Source of the DNA: Cyanophyceae cyanobacterium
Lineage (GTDB): Bacteria; Cyanobacteriota; Cyanobacteriia; Cyanobacteriales; Laspinemataceae
Assembly: GCA_038321985.1 (NCBI GenBank)
Contig: JBBQFN010000015.1
Coordinates: forward strand, 32,001 to 96,000
Length of the DNA stretch: 64,000 nucleotides
Direction of reading: 5' to 3'
Shown here: one piece after another, positions 20,072-31,527 of the stretch
Layout: the number at the start of each line of letters is the position of its first letter
Numbering within the stretch: position 1 is the stretch's first letter
The notes under the pieces: generated by a model
Seen by the model: the letters and a program-made list of their open reading frames with translations, nothing else
The model's database searches: none
What the model was told of the DNA's origin: nothing
Translations under genes and position numbers: made by a program

Positions 20072-23000
20072 CTAGATAAACTGGATGCTGTTGGCTGCCA
20101 CTGTGGAAAGTCCGATCACGGAGGCCAAAATTTCGCCGGTACTGGCGATCGCAATGTCGGTGAAGTCGCCATTTTGAGTAATCAAGAGGCGATCCACCGT
20201 TAAATCTCCGGTTAATTCCAGAAAATCCTGTTCCACTTCAAAATCCCCGATCAAGTCTTTGCCATAACCCCCTTGGAGCACAAACCGATCGCGACCCTGG
20301 CCTCCAATCAGGGTATCATTGCCAAAATCCCCACTCAGGCGATCGTTCCCCTCTCCCCCAGCGAGAATATCGTTCTGTTTACCCCCAAACAATGTATCGT
20401 CTCCCTGACCCCCATTGAGGGTATCTTCTCCTCGATCGCCATAAAGTAAGTCATTTCCTGCACCCCCGCAGAGACAATCTCGCTCATCATTAGGATCCAT
20501 TGGCTCCTCAATGCCGGTCCCCCCAAGAATCGTGTCATCCCCATCGCCACCGCAGAGGGTATCATTGCCGCGATCGCCGAAAATTAAATCATTGCCCTCA
20601 TCTGAGGCAACAATATCATCCTCCTTCCCACCGCGTAGGGTATCGTTTCCCTCACCCCCAGATACTGAATCATCTCCCTGGTTGCCGTTGAGGAAATCAT
20701 TGCCAGCGCCACCGAAGAGCAAATCCCGCCCATTCGGATCGAGCACCGAGGCATCATTGGGATTCCCCAGAAGCGTATCATCACCGAGTTCGCCCAAGAG
20801 GGTATCATTGCCAATGTCGCCAAAGATCAAATCATCATCTTTGCCACCGTGAACGAAATCATCATCTTTTCCGGCATGAATAGTATCGTTTCCTTCGTTG
20901 CCAAAAAGGTAGTCATTGCCGCGATTCCCAAAGAGTAAATCAGCGTCTAAAAGGGGACCGACAGGAATATCACTGCCTTTGCCACCATAGAGAGTATCGT
21001 TGCCTAAATCGCCATAGAGGGTATCGCTATCTTCATCCCCCCAAATCTGATCGTCATCTTTTCCGCCCCATATCCGATCGCCTCCGAATCCGCCCCAAAT
21101 GGTATCATTGCCTTCGTTGCCAAAGAGGTAATCCTCCCCTGCATTCCCTTCTATCCAGTCGCGATCGCCTTCGGAACCGATAGGAAAATCGCTGCCGATT
21201 CCACCGAGGATAGTATCATCTCCAGCACTTCCTAAAAGATTGTCATCACCCTGTTTACCAAAGAGTAAATCATTACCGCTGCCTCCGTTAATTTCATCAG
21301 CGTCACTGCTGCCTTCTAATGTGTCATTTTCCTCTGTACCCCTGAATATATTTTCAACAGCATTCGGTTGGGCGATCGCTGATGCTAACGGCACAAATTC
21401 CGGTACGGTGAGGGTTGGGCAATTGCAATCGGGTCCCTCTATTGGAGTTAAGAGAGATATTGGTGTCTCCGTCACGCTGGAATCTGGATTCAAGCTGGAT
21501 GGCAGGATGGGTTCTCCTACTACTTCCAAAATAGGAGAGGGAGTGGGTTCCGGTTGCGGTTCAGGTTCCGGTTCAGGTTCCGGTTCCGGTTCAGGTTCCG
21601 GTTGCGGTTCAGGTTCAGGGGTTGGGGGTTCGTCATCGTCAGTGATTGTGGCGATCGCTTGAGGAGTGGCGATCGTGGCATTGACGGAATTAGAAAGAGT
21701 TACAAAGAACTGTTCATCGGGTTCATCAATGGTATCTCCGGCGATCGCTACCGTAATGGTTTTGGTGGTTTCCCCCGGATTGAACTGTAATGTGCCACTC
21801 GTAGCTTGATAGTCTCCCGGCGAAGTCGCACTATCATCAACCGTTGCATAATTTACGCTAGCCACTGGATTAAGTGCCGCATTCAGAGTCACCGTAAAAA
21901 TTGCATTAGTTGTATCAGAATTTCCTTCAATAACCGTAATATCTTCCAGGGTAAAACTGGGTGCAATCACCACTTGACCCCCAGAAAATTCCGAAGTGTT
22001 GTTATTGGGGTCTGTGGCGGTAGCGGTGATAAATTCATTGGCAGGAACCGCACCCTCCAAGGTTTCCGTAAAGCTAATATTACCGCTGGCATCGGTGGTA
22101 ACCGTGGCAAATCCTATAAATCTTTCTCCTTCGCCAAATCCGGAGGGGTCTAAAGCGCGATTGGCGAAAAATTCTAGGCGAAATTCAGTGTTAGGAGTGC
22201 TATTGAGCGTCCCCAAAACTGTGGTACTTGTTCCATCAGAAATCGCTGAAGTAATGACGGGAAAGTTTTGAAGATTATTAGTCCCTATATCTGCATCTCC
22301 TTCGTCATTGGCTGTTACACCGGCAGCGTTACTAGCAGGACCGCTTAAATCAATTCCTAAGCGACTGTTGGAAAATATAGCATTGGATAAAATTCCGTTA
22401 TTTGTACCCACACTAACCTGAATCCCCACCCTTCCATTAAAGCCAATCTGATTGCTCTCTCCCGTAGCGGTTCCCCCAATGAGGTTACTCCCGGTTAGGG
22501 AAGCAAGAACAATGCCATGTTCACCATTTCCTAGGGGGCTAATTCCATCAACTTGAGTGCCTATAAAGTTACCTAAGACTCGGTTATTAGTGGAAGCGAG
22601 GTAAATTCCATTAGCGCTATTACCGGAAATCAGATTACGCGCATTCGGGGTCGTCCCACCAATGGTTATGTTGCGGGGGAAAGCATCAGCAACAATTCCA
22701 TCTCCACCATTGGCGAGCGCCAGAGTGCCGGTGACATCAGTGCCGATATAATTTCCGGCAATCAGAGTACCTGAAGAGGCAAGACCTAAATCAATTCCAT
22801 CGTTTATATTTCCGGAAATCAGATTACCAGAACCCGATTCTAACCCGCCCAATATATTGTTTTCTGCTGCTAAAATAGCGATACCAGTCCGATTGCTTAG
22901 GGCAGATTTTCCCGTAATATTAGTTCCAACAAAATTGCCTACAACTTGATTGTTGGTAGCATTAAATTGAATACTAACTCCTGCCGAATTGCCAGAAATT

Positions 23001-24784
23001 ATATTGCGATCGCCTTCAGTTGTACCCCCAATCTGATTCCCTCTTGCGCCTTGAGCAATTACAACGCCAGTTTCGCCATTCGGAAGTGCCACAGTCCCGC
23101 TGACATCAGTGCCAATTAAATTCCCTGTCACTCGATTATCATTGGCATTTCTGCCGAGTAGCAGAATCCCATCGGCTCTATTTCCAGAGATTAAGTTATT
23201 TCTAATAATATTATTCGCACCATCAATCCGCAGTCCATCTCCACCATTCTGTACCCCTTTATCTCCTTGGGAATTAGTTCCAATATAATTGCCCAGTATT
23301 GAATGAAATCCGCTCGTTTCACGAACATAAATTCCCGAAGAATTATTCCCAGAAATAACATTGCGATCAGCAACAAAATCCCCCCCGATTACAGTCCTTG
23401 ATCCACCGGCTATCTGAATTCCATGAAATGTATTTCTTACTGAAATTTCCCCAGTAACATCGGTGCCAATAAAATTGCCTAAAATTTGATTATCATTCGC
23501 CTCACTGCCACTAATTAAAATTCCCTGAAAGTTATTACCAGAAATAAGATTACGGGCATTGACAGTTGGGCCACCAATCCGATTATTAGGCGCATTACGG
23601 ATGACAATACCACTGCCAGAGTTACCCAAATCCTGAGTCCCGGTGACATCTGTTCCGATAAAATTCCCTAAAATCTGGTTTCCACTCGCCCGGTTGCCTT
23701 CAATATCAATTCCAACGGAAGAGGTATTATCATTCCCAGAAATGAGGTTGTTCTGAATTGTATTATTAGCTGAATTTTGAATAAAAATACCGGAACCACT
23801 ACGTCCCAGGGAAGCCGTTCCAATGACATCGGTTCCCAGGTAATTGTTCTCAATCAAATTATTGCCATTTTCTCGGATGAGAATAGCGGCATTACTAAAT
23901 CCAGCCCGATTAATCACCAATCCCCGAACAGTGCTGTTTCCAGCGGTAATTTGTAAAACCGCCCTATCTAATCCGCCTATATTTGTCCCATCAATTTCAA
24001 TTAGGGGAGTTCCCGTATATCCGGGTTGAGTTGTGGCATCGATAATGACAGAATCATTAATGATGGGTAAAACCGATAAAGGTTGAATAGTTTGCACACC
24101 ATTGCCAGCAATATTAAATGCAATAGTATCAACTTCTGGATTGATATTGGCATCTAAAATTGCTTGTCGCAGAGAACCTACACCGCTGTCATTTGTATTG
24201 GTAACAGTAAACGTTGCCAGCACTGAAGTATAATATTTTAATGTATCTGAATCAAAGGGTAAAACGGTCTCAATTTCCCCGGTTTTAACTTCAAAGTTCC
24301 AATTTCCGCCCAGGGTATTACTGCCAGTTTTACTGTTAGAAGCGGCAACGGTTATCCCGGTTAAGTGGCTGAGTTGTTGGATGAATTCTTCTCCCCGATC
24401 GCCTGCTGCCACTTCGCACCCATAAAGGATCAAGCCGGGAGAGACATCCGGGGAAAAAGCATGACCCCACTGCTGCAATAAATCCTCATAAGAACTTAAG
24501 TTTTCTAATGTGAGATACCCGTTGCCCAGTTGCAGACTCGCGGCACTACCGTGGGAGACAAGATGCAGGGTATGCAAGCCCTTTGTTCCGGCTAAAATAG
24601 CGGAAATCTGCTCAATTGCGCCTGCTGCCGTTTCGAGGGCGATCGCCTCAGTTCCTGGGACTGTGCCCGCAGCCAAAGTTTGCCATTCCGGTACTCTCGA
24701 ATCAATCAAAACCAGGGTATGAATAGAGGGCTGGGTAATACTAGAGTTCCCTAAAGTTTGCATCATAATAATTCTCCCCATCAT
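20072..24784 (-). CDS. Large secreted surface protein: DUF4347, beta-helix repeats, Calx-beta, PE linker and RTX Ca-binding repeats
   Basis: LHLVSHGS and ILYGCEVA (DUF4347); VTNTNDSGVGSLRQAI; repeated GNFIGTDVTG/RNLISGN; FNPGETTKTITV (Calx-beta); (EP)n; many GGxGxDxLx nonamers. Confidence 0.88.
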   Translation of the reverse strand: MMGRIIMMQTLGNSSITQPSIHTLVLIDSRVPEWQTLAAGTVPGTEAIALETAAGAIEQISAILAGTKGLHTLHLVSHGSAASLQLGNGYLTLENLSSYEDLLQQWGHAFSPDVSPGLILYGCEVAAGDRGEEFIQQLSHLTGITVAASNSKTGSNTLGGNWNFEVKTGEIETVLPFDSDTLKYYTSVLATFTVTNTNDSGVGSLRQAILDANINPEVDTIAFNIAGNGVQTIQPLSVLPIINDSVIIDATTQPGYTGTPLIEIDGTNIGGLDRAVLQITAGNSTVRGLVINRAGFSNAAILIRENGNNLIENNYLGTDVIGTASLGRSGSGIFIQNSANNTIQNNLISGNDNTSSVGIDIEGNRASGNQILGNFIGTDVTGTQDLGNSGSGIVIRNAPNNRIGGPTVNARNLISGNNFQGILISGSEANDNQILGNFIGTDVTGEISVRNTFHGIQIAGGSRTVIGGDFVADRNVISGNNSSGIYVRETSGFHSILGNYIGTNSQGDKGVQNGGDGLRIDGANNIIRNNLISGNRADGILLLGRNANDNRVTGNLIGTDVSGTVALPNGETGVVIAQGARGNQIGGTTEGDRNIISGNSAGVSIQFNATNNQVVGNFVGTNITGKSALSNRTGIAILAAENNILGGLESGSGNLISGNINDGIDLGLASSGTLIAGNYIGTDVTGTLALANGGDGIVADAFPRNITIGGTTPNARNLISGNSANGIYLASTNNRVLGNFIGTQVDGISPLGNGEHGIVLASLTGSNLIGGTATGESNQIGFNGRVGIQVSVGTNNGILSNAIFSNSRLGIDLSGPASNAAGVTANDEGDADIGTNNLQNFPVITSAISDGTSTTVLGTLNSTPNTEFRLEFFANRALDPSGFGEGERFIGFATVTTDASGNISFTETLEGAVPANEFITATATDPNNNTSEFSGGQVVIAPSFTLEDITVIEGNSDTTNAIFTVTLNAALNPVASVNYATVDDSATSPGDYQATSGTLQFNPGETTKTITVAIAGDTIDEPDEQFFVTLSNSVNATIATPQAIATITDDDEPPTPEPEPQPEPEPEPEPEPEPEPQPEPTPSPILEVVGEPILPSSLNPDSSVTETPISLLTPIEGPDCNCPTLTVPEFVPLASAIAQPNAVENIFRGTEENDTLEGSSDADEINGGSGNDLLFGKQGDDNLLGSAGDDTILGGIGSDFPIGSEGDRDWIEGNAGEDYLFGNEGNDTIWGGFGGDRIWGGKDDDQIWGDEDSDTLYGDLGNDTLYGGKGSDIPVGPLLDADLLFGNRGNDYLFGNEGNDTIHAGKDDDFVHGGKDDDLIFGDIGNDTLLGELGDDTLLGNPNDASVLDPNGRDLLFGGAGNDFLNGNQGDDSVSGGEGNDTLRGGKEDDIVASDEGNDLIFGDRGNDTLCGGDGDDTILGGTGIEEPMDPNDERDCLCGGAGNDLLYGDRGEDTLNGGQGDDTLFGGKQNDILAGGEGNDRLSGDFGNDTLIGGQGRDRFVLQGGYGKDLIGDFEVEQDFLELTGDLTVDRLLITQNGDFTDIAIASTGEILASVIGLSTVAANSIQFI

Positions 24785-24934
24785 TGATTATGGGTTAAAC
24801 CCGAAGTAAACCCCTTTGATTCATTATTGGTGATTTTTAAGGGGTTTAAATCAAGGCTAACCCGTGATAAAATCAAATCTTGATTTTATCAAAAAGAGAA
24901 ATATTTAAAACTATTTTTTATAAAAATTTACAAA

Positions 24935-24977
24935 AAATAGAGGGCGATCTCAATTCCAGTGCGATCGCCCTCTATTT
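24935..24977 (-). terminator. Terminator downstream of tldD
   Basis: AAATAGAGGGCGATC / GATCGCCCTCTATTT 15-bp inverted repeat, with a T-run on the minus strand. Confidence 0.65.
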
Positions 24978-25071
24978 GTAGCTAAATTTACATTCAATCA
25001 GTTGATAGAAAGTCCGTCATGCAGCGGAGGTTAGAAACCCGGTTTCTGCTCCTTTTATCAACTACAAAGGA

Positions 25072-26451
25072 TTATCGTCCGCCAACGACTACATTTTGAA
25101 TGGAAATGTGAGGTCCGCCGACGCTTACGGGAAGCGGCGATTGTCCACCTTTACCACATCCCCCATTCAGATAAACCGAGTCAGAACCGATCGCCTCAAC
25201 ATCCTTAAGAGTTTGAAAAACATTCCCGGAAAGGGTAACATCGCTCACAGGTTCAGCAATTTTGCCATTGCGAATCATGTAGCCTTCTGCTGCGGCAAAG
25301 GTAAACATTTCGCCATTGGTTTGACCCCCTAGCATCCGCACGGCATAAACCCCTTCATCGATATTGCCAATCATCTCCTCAAAGGAGCAATCTCCTGCTT
25401 CAATCGCCGTATTAGTCATGCGCACAATCGGCGCGTAGGTGGCACTCAGGGCGCGGGCATTCCCCGTTGGCAATTCGTGCATTTTGCCTGCGGTTTCTCG
25501 GTTGTGCAGACGCTGAGTCAAAACCCCATCTTTGATTAAATACTTACGTTGCCCCGGAACGCCTTCGTCATCATATTTCATCGAACCCGGTAAGTTCGGA
25601 ATCGTGGCATCATCAACCACATTCAATTGGGAAATTCCCAAGGGTTTACCGAGTTGGAGCACTTCCTGCATCTGAGGATTTTCATATACAAAATCCGCCT
25701 CGGACAAATGCCCAAATGCTTCATGAATGAAGACTCCGGCAAGATAGGGGTCAAGAACCACTGTATATTGACCCCCTTTAACGGATTTCGCTTCTAACTG
25801 GCGAATGGCTCGTTCTGCGGCACTGCGCACCCGATTTTCAATGCCCGTGAAGGCATCATAATCCGATCGCGAATGGACGGATTCATACCCTTGACGAACT
25901 AAACCACCTTCCCCTCGCGCGATCGCCCCAAACCCCCCAGAAACATCCAGGCGTTCTTGGGCGATACAGGTGCCAGTAGAGTTGACAAAATAAGTAATGC
26001 CAAAGCGATCGCGATAACTGGAACTGGTGGTTTGAATCCGGGGGTCAAAATCCAGCAAAATCTGATTATAATTTTCCACCATTTGCCGCTTTTCTTCCAG
26101 GGAGACCCCCCGAGGGTCCCGGAGTAATTGTTCCGCGACATAATCCTGAATCGGTTTAAGATCAGCAAGTTGAGTCGTTTCTGACCCAATTAATTTCGCT
26201 TGGGAAATGGCTTCTTCGAGGCGATCGCCCAGTTCCTCCAATCCATTAAAGGTGACAAAACTCCAACCCCCCTTATGGCAGGCGCGGACCCCACCGGCGA
26301 GGGAAAAATTGCGATTCACCCCATCCAGGCGATCGCCTCGAAACGAAATCGCCGTGGATTCGCTTTGTTCCATCCGAATTTCTAAATAATCGACGCGATC
26401 GCGATAAGGGGCGATCTCTGAGAGCAACCGATCCTGCATTGAATGATTCAC
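25072..26451 (-). CDS. tldD: TldD metalloprotease subunit
   Basis: HEAFGHLSEAD, DDEG, RMTNT and GCGKGGQ motifs. Confidence 0.9.
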   Translation of the reverse strand: MNHSMQDRLLSEIAPYRDRVDYLEIRMEQSESTAISFRGDRLDGVNRNFSLAGGVRACHKGGWSFVTFNGLEELGDRLEEAISQAKLIGSETTQLADLKPIQDYVAEQLLRDPRGVSLEEKRQMVENYNQILLDFDPRIQTTSSSYRDRFGITYFVNSTGTCIAQERLDVSGGFGAIARGEGGLVRQGYESVHSRSDYDAFTGIENRVRSAAERAIRQLEAKSVKGGQYTVVLDPYLAGVFIHEAFGHLSEADFVYENPQMQEVLQLGKPLGISQLNVVDDATIPNLPGSMKYDDEGVPGQRKYLIKDGVLTQRLHNRETAGKMHELPTGNARALSATYAPIVRMTNTAIEAGDCSFEEMIGNIDEGVYAVRMLGGQTNGEMFTFAAAEGYMIRNGKIAEPVSDVTLSGNVFQTLKDVEAIGSDSVYLNGGCGKGGQSPLPVSVGGPHISIQNVVVGGR

Positions 26452-26529
26452 GCGCTAACTTTCCCTATTTGACAACTTGTAGTATTTCTTACTTCTAGTT
26501 TAATCTGCCAACTTAGAAACTGCGGGATG

Positions 26530-27612
26530 TATCTAAATATTTTCCAATTTTTTGACCCAGCCACCCTGATGCACAACACCTATGAATAGTGTGATCAGGG
26601 CATTCAGCCTGAAATTCATCATCTCCATAATATACCCCTGGAGGAATTACCTTGGTTATGGGAAAAATTCAGAAATTAGAAGTCATTTACATCCCTCACG
26701 CTCTGGATTTGCCACCAGAAGCATAAGTTGAAACTGAACATTTCCAAGCCCCAGGAATTCAATCCTTAATCGCTGTGCCGAACGTGTCCCAGCTCAGTTA
26801 GTCCACCCTGAGAAAATGTCTTCTCTCGGATAAATGGTGGCTGGAATTGCTCATGAAATTAATAACCCCGTCAATTTTATTTCTGGAAACCTCACTTATA
26901 TTAATGAATATACCCAGGATTTTCTTTCTTTAATCAAGTTATATCCGCAGGAACACCCGGAACCTAATCTGTTGATTCAGGAGAGAATAAAAAGCCTAGA
27001 ATTAGACTTTTTTCAAAAAGATATTTTAAAATTTTTGAAATTCCTGAAAATCGGAAGTGACCCCATCCGAAAAATTGTGATTTCTTTGAGAAAATTTTCC
27101 CGATTATCTGAATCAGATATGAAGCGGTTGACCTGCATGAAGGAATTGAAAGCACTCTATCAATTTTACAAAGTTGCCTAACTGGAAACGGAAAAAATCC
27201 TCCGATTCAAGTGATTAAAAACTGGGGAAGTTTGCTTTGGGTAGAATGCTGCTATCCGGGCCAACTCAATCCAGTCTTCCTAAATCTGGTTACCAAGGCG
27301 ATTGATGCGCTGGAGTCATCACCAGGGCGAGAAAAAATTATTAATATTTATACTTAAATTTTAGATAACCAACCCGTTAAAATTAAAATTTCTGATAACG
27401 GAATTGGCATAAATGCTGAGATAAAATCCCGAATATTTGACCCATTTTTTACAACTAAAGAAGTGGGTTCAGGTACAGGGTTAGGACTGTCCATTGCCTA
27501 TCAAATCATCGTAGACCCACATAGAGGACAGATTGCCGGTGAGTCCCAACCCGGTCAAGGTACAACCTTTGCGATCGAAAATCCGATGCACCAAAACTTC
27601 CCCGGGACCTTG
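26530..27612 (+). pseudogene. Degraded GAF-HisKA-HATPase sensor histidine kinase
   Basis: Fragments in shifting frames with stops: GAF-like GIQSLIAVP; EKMSSLG*MVAGIAHEINNP; CYPGQLNPVFLNL; ISDNGIG; IFDPFFTTKEVGSGTGLGLSI. Boundaries approximate. Confidence 0.85.
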
Positions 27613-27903
27613 AAACTCAACCCTTGAGAATACTATTGGTCCCTCACCCAGGGGAGGCCGGTTTTCGCCCGAGATGCAAAAGGTCATAAAATAAAGACTC
27701 AAAGAAATTTCAAAAAAGGCTTTCAGCCGGTTGAGCTTGATGTAGGGAAGAACCCGGGATAGTGTTTTAATCCTCAGAAACGGTACCCCGGCGATCGCCC
27801 CAGAGTAGCGCCCCAGAAATTTCCCGATCCGGTCCTAGAATCTCTAGCGTCTGGAAAATGCAATGGTATAAGATAAAAGCTTGTCCCATTACCCACCTTG
27901 AAG

Positions 27904-28884
27904 ATGGCAGAAACCCTTTTCTTCAACGCGCTCAAAGCAGCCATTGACGAAGAAATGGCCCGCGACCCTACAGTATTCGTCCTTGGTGAGGACGTCGGTC
28001 AGTATGGCGGATCCTACAAAGTCACCAAGGACCTGTACGAAAAATATGGTGAACTGCGGGTACTCGACACCCCGATCGCCGAAAATAGCTTCACGGGGAT
28101 GGCGGTTGGGGCCGCCATGACCGGATTGCGCCCGATTATTGAAGGAATGAACATGGGCTTTTTGCTCCTCGCCTTCAACCAAATCGCTAACAATGCGATG
28201 CTGCGCTATACCTCCGGCGGCAACTTTACAATGCCAATGGTGATTCGCGGTCCCGGTGGGGTCGGACGACAACTGGGTGCAGAACATTCCCAGCGCTTAG
28301 AAACCTATTTTCAGGCCGTTCCTGGATTGAAAATGGTGGCCTGTTCCACCCCGTACAACGCCAAAGGATTGCTCAAAAGTGCCATCCGTGACAACAACCC
28401 CGTGTTATTTTTTGAGCACGTCCTTCTTTATAATTTGAAAGAAGACTTGCCCTCGGAAGAATATCTAGTGCCTCTAGATAAAGCGGAAATAGTCCGTCGG
28501 GGCAAAGATGTCACGATTTTGACCTATTCGCGGATGCGCCATCACGTCATGCAAGCGGTGCCGCAGATGGAAAAAGAAGGGTTTGATCCGGAGGTCATTG
28601 ATTTAATTTCCCTCAAACCTTTGGATTTAGAAACCATCGGCGAATCAGTTCGCAAAACCCATCGGGTGATTATTGTAGAGGAAGCAATGAAAACCGGAGG
28701 GATTGGGGCTGAAATTATTGCTTCAATTAACGATCGGTTTTTTGATGAGCTGGATGCACCTGTGCTGCGACTGTCATCACAGGATATTCCCACGCCTTAC
28801 AATGGTACATTAGAGCGACTGACTATCGTGCAACCGCCACAAATCGTCGAAGCGGTGCAAAAAATGGTCGGCTTGAAAATATAA
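27904..28884 (+). CDS. pdhB: Pyruvate dehydrogenase E1 beta subunit
   Basis: [20 protein letters not shown] and GAEHSQRLE motifs. Confidence 0.96.
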   Translation: MAETLFFNALKAAIDEEMARDPTVFVLGEDVGQYGGSYKVTKDLYEKYGELRVLDTPIAENSFTGMAVGAAMTGLRPIIEGMNMGFLLLAFNQIANNAMLRYTSGGNFTMPMVIRGPGGVGRQLGAEHSQRLETYFQAVPGLKMVACSTPYNAKGLLKSAIRDNNPVLFFEHVLLYNLKEDLPSEEYLVPLDKAEIVRRGKDVTILTYSRMRHHVMQAVPQMEKEGFDPEVIDLISLKPLDLETIGESVRKTHRVIIVEEAMKTGGIGAEIIASINDRFFDELDAPVLRLSSQDIPTPYNGTLERLTIVQPPQIVEAVQKMVGLKI

Positions 28885-28900
28885 GACAATCTTGAAAGGT

Positions 28901-28962
28901 GAGTTTTGAGTTTTGAGTGAAAATGTTCAAATTTACAGCTTAAAACTCAACTCTCAAAACTC
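28901..28962. repeat. Inverted heptamer (STRR-like) repeats between pdhB and secD
   Basis: GAGTTTTGAGTTTTGAG ... AAAACTCAACTCTCAAAACTC. Confidence 0.6.
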
Positions 28963-28979
28963 TAGAAACAGGTAAAGTC

Positions 28980-30398
28980 ATGCAAAAACACCGTTCATTA
29001 TTGGCTTTAATTCTGGTTCTGGTTATCGCTGCGATCGTTGCGTTAGTGAATATCCCGTTCCGGCTGGGATTGGATCTTCAAGGAGGGTCGCAACTGACCC
29101 TCCAAGTGCAACCCTCCGAAGAGGTTCCGCAAATTACCTCCTCCGTGATGGAAGCGGTGCAGAGCGTAGTCAGAAACCGGGTTGATGCCCTCGGCGTATC
29201 TGAACCCATCGTTCAGTCCGTCGGGACCGATCAGATCCTCGTCCAGCTACCAGGCGTCAGTGATCCAGCACAAGCTGAACGCGTGCTTGGAGGGACTGCC
29301 ATCCTGGAGTTTCGGGAAGAAAGCCCGAATCAAGAAATTCAGGCGCAAATGGACGTGAGGATCGAAGAAGCTACCCAAATTGCCATAGAGTTGGGTGGGT
29401 TGCAAGAGTCCGGAGAACAAGGACAAATTGCTGAAAAGCAAGCCGAGTTTGATCGCAAGCGTGAAGAAATTGAGGCCCTGCGGATCCAACGGTACAAAAG
29501 AACCGGACTCACGGGTAAAAACCTCGATGATGCCTATCCCCAACCGGCACAAGCAGGGGCGGGGGCTTGGAATGTGGGTCTAGTCTTCGATAACGAAGGC
29601 GGAGAACTGTTTGCCCAACTCACCCGCAATCTGGCAGGAACCGGACGGACCCTGGGGATTTTTCTGGATGAAAAACTGATTAGTTCTCCCACGGTCCCCG
29701 TAGAATTTGCCACTACAGGTATTACTGGGGGGCGGGCAGAGATTCAAGGCAACTTTACGGTACAACAGGCGAATGAGCTCGCCGTACAATTGCGCGGTGG
29801 TGCTTTGCCGGTGCCGGTAGAAATTGTAGAAAACCGCACGGTTGGGGCAACCCTGGGGCGAGATAGTATTGTTAGAAGTATCTACGCCGGAATCGGGGGC
29901 CTGCTTTTGGTCCTGATTTTTATGGTGGTGTATTACCGCCTTCCGGGCTTAATTGCGGATCTGTCCCTGTTGATATACGCCATTCTGACTTTAGCCAGCT
30001 TCTCCCTGTTGGGGGTGACCTTGACCCTACCAGGTATTGCGGGATTTATCCTCAGTATCGGTATGGCAGTGGATGCGAATGTACTAATTTTTGAACGCAC
30101 CCGGGAAGAATTACGGGCGGGTAAGAGTTTGTATCGTTCGGTGGAGTCGGGATTTTACCGGGCTTTTTCGAGCATTTTGGATAGCAACGTCACCACGCTG
30201 ATTGCCTGTATTGCTTTGTTCTGGCTGGGTGCGGGGTTGGTGAAAGGATTCGCGTTAACCCTGGGAATTGGGGTAGCCGTGAGTATGTTTACCGCGATTA
30301 CTTGCAGTCGCACGTTAATGTTTTTAGCAATTAGTGTTGATGACCTTCGCAAGCCCGAACTATTTTGTCCGAACCTTCAAAATGTTAGGAAAGTTTAG
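28980..30398 (+). CDS. secD: Protein translocase subunit SecD
   Basis: [17 protein letters not shown] and [13 protein letters not shown] motifs. Confidence 0.96.
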   Translation: MQKHRSLLALILVLVIAAIVALVNIPFRLGLDLQGGSQLTLQVQPSEEVPQITSSVMEAVQSVVRNRVDALGVSEPIVQSVGTDQILVQLPGVSDPAQAERVLGGTAILEFREESPNQEIQAQMDVRIEEATQIAIELGGLQESGEQGQIAEKQAEFDRKREEIEALRIQRYKRTGLTGKNLDDAYPQPAQAGAGAWNVGLVFDNEGGELFAQLTRNLAGTGRTLGIFLDEKLISSPTVPVEFATTGITGGRAEIQGNFTVQQANELAVQLRGGALPVPVEIVENRTVGATLGRDSIVRSIYAGIGGLLLVLIFMVVYYRLPGLIADLSLLIYAILTLASFSLLGVTLTLPGIAGFILSIGMAVDANVLIFERTREELRAGKSLYRSVESGFYRAFSSILDSNVTTLIACIALFWLGAGLVKGFALTLGIGVAVSMFTAITCSRTLMFLAISVDDLRKPELFCPNLQNVRKV

Positions 30399-30425
30399 GG
30401 GGATGTGTTACCAGAGGCAGATTCG

Positions 30426-31418
30426 ATGAGATTAAACGTTAACAAACAGCGCCGATTGTGGTGGACATTATCCGCAGCAGTTGTGGTGGCTGGGTTGATT
30501 TCGATGGTGATTTCTTGGCAACAGTTGGGAGTACCCCTGCGTCCGAGTTTGGATTTCGTTGGGGGCACGCGGTTGCAGTTGGAACTCGATTGTTCGATTC
30601 CCAACAATTGCGATCGCCCCATTGAACCGGGAACTGTGCGATCGATTCTTGCCGCCCAAGGGTTGGGAAGCAGTAGCATTCAAGTGGTCGGCGATGACAA
30701 GCAGGCGTTATCAATTCGTACCTCCACCCTGGATGTGAATCAACGCACTGCACTCATCAATTCCTTAAGTGAAGAACTTGGCAGTTTTGATCCGCAAAAA
30801 AATCAAATTGATACAGTAGGTCCAACAATTGGGCGTCAATTGTTTACTCAAGGACTTTTAGCGCTGATTGTTTCTTTTGCCGGGATTATTGTCTATCTGA
30901 GTTTTCGGTTCCAGTTCGATTATGCCCTGTTTGCGATCGTGGCTTTATTCCATGATGTCTTAATCACGGTGGGGATTTTCTCGATTCTGGGACTGGTTTT
31001 AGGGTTAGAAGTGGATAGCTTGTTTATTGTGGCGTTGCTCACCATTATCGGGTTCTCGGTAAACGATACGGTAGTGATTTACGATCGCATCCGGGAAAAT
31101 CTGGCTCAGAATCAGTCCAATCGCCCCATTGATCAAATCGTGGATGATGCGGTGAATCAAACTCTGGGGCGATCGATTAATACCACGGCCACTACCATGT
31201 TACCCTTGGTCGGGATTTTCTTATTTGGCGGGGAAACCCTAAAATCCTTTGCCCTAGCCTTAATTGTGGGATTTTTGGCCGGCGTGTATTCCAGTCTCTT
31301 TTTAGCAAGCAGCTTGTTAGTCTGGTGGCGAGAACGGAATGGAACAGGAATGTCTCCGGTTTCAGAGGGGCCACCCACAGTCGAGGCATCTCTAGACTCT
31401 CACGATGGGTCCCATTAA
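30426..31418 (+). CDS. secF: Protein translocase subunit SecF
   Basis: LDFVGGT, VGPTIG and [16 protein letters not shown] motifs; alternative GTG start at 30405. Confidence 0.96.
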   Translation: MRLNVNKQRRLWWTLSAAVVVAGLISMVISWQQLGVPLRPSLDFVGGTRLQLELDCSIPNNCDRPIEPGTVRSILAAQGLGSSSIQVVGDDKQALSIRTSTLDVNQRTALINSLSEELGSFDPQKNQIDTVGPTIGRQLFTQGLLALIVSFAGIIVYLSFRFQFDYALFAIVALFHDVLITVGIFSILGLVLGLEVDSLFIVALLTIIGFSVNDTVVIYDRIRENLAQNQSNRPIDQIVDDAVNQTLGRSINTTATTMLPLVGIFLFGGETLKSFALALIVGFLAGVYSSLFLASSLLVWWRERNGTGMSPVSEGPPTVEASLDSHDGSH

Positions 31419-31527
31419 CGGGGGGATTCGGTGGGTTACGGTGGCGATCGCCGATCTCGCTTAAGGTAACCCTTCGTTCTTCTCAATTGGGTTAGATTGA
31501 AGTCATCTTCTATAACTTGAGATCGCT

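Noticed and set aside
21240..21790. ORFs with RFRFRF or GSGSGS repeats
   Set aside because: Antisense readings of the PE-linker repeat of the large surface protein.
26834..27181. Stand-alone HisKA protein
   Set aside because: Fragment of the surrounding kinase pseudogene; an in-frame stop lies immediately upstream within the conserved motif.
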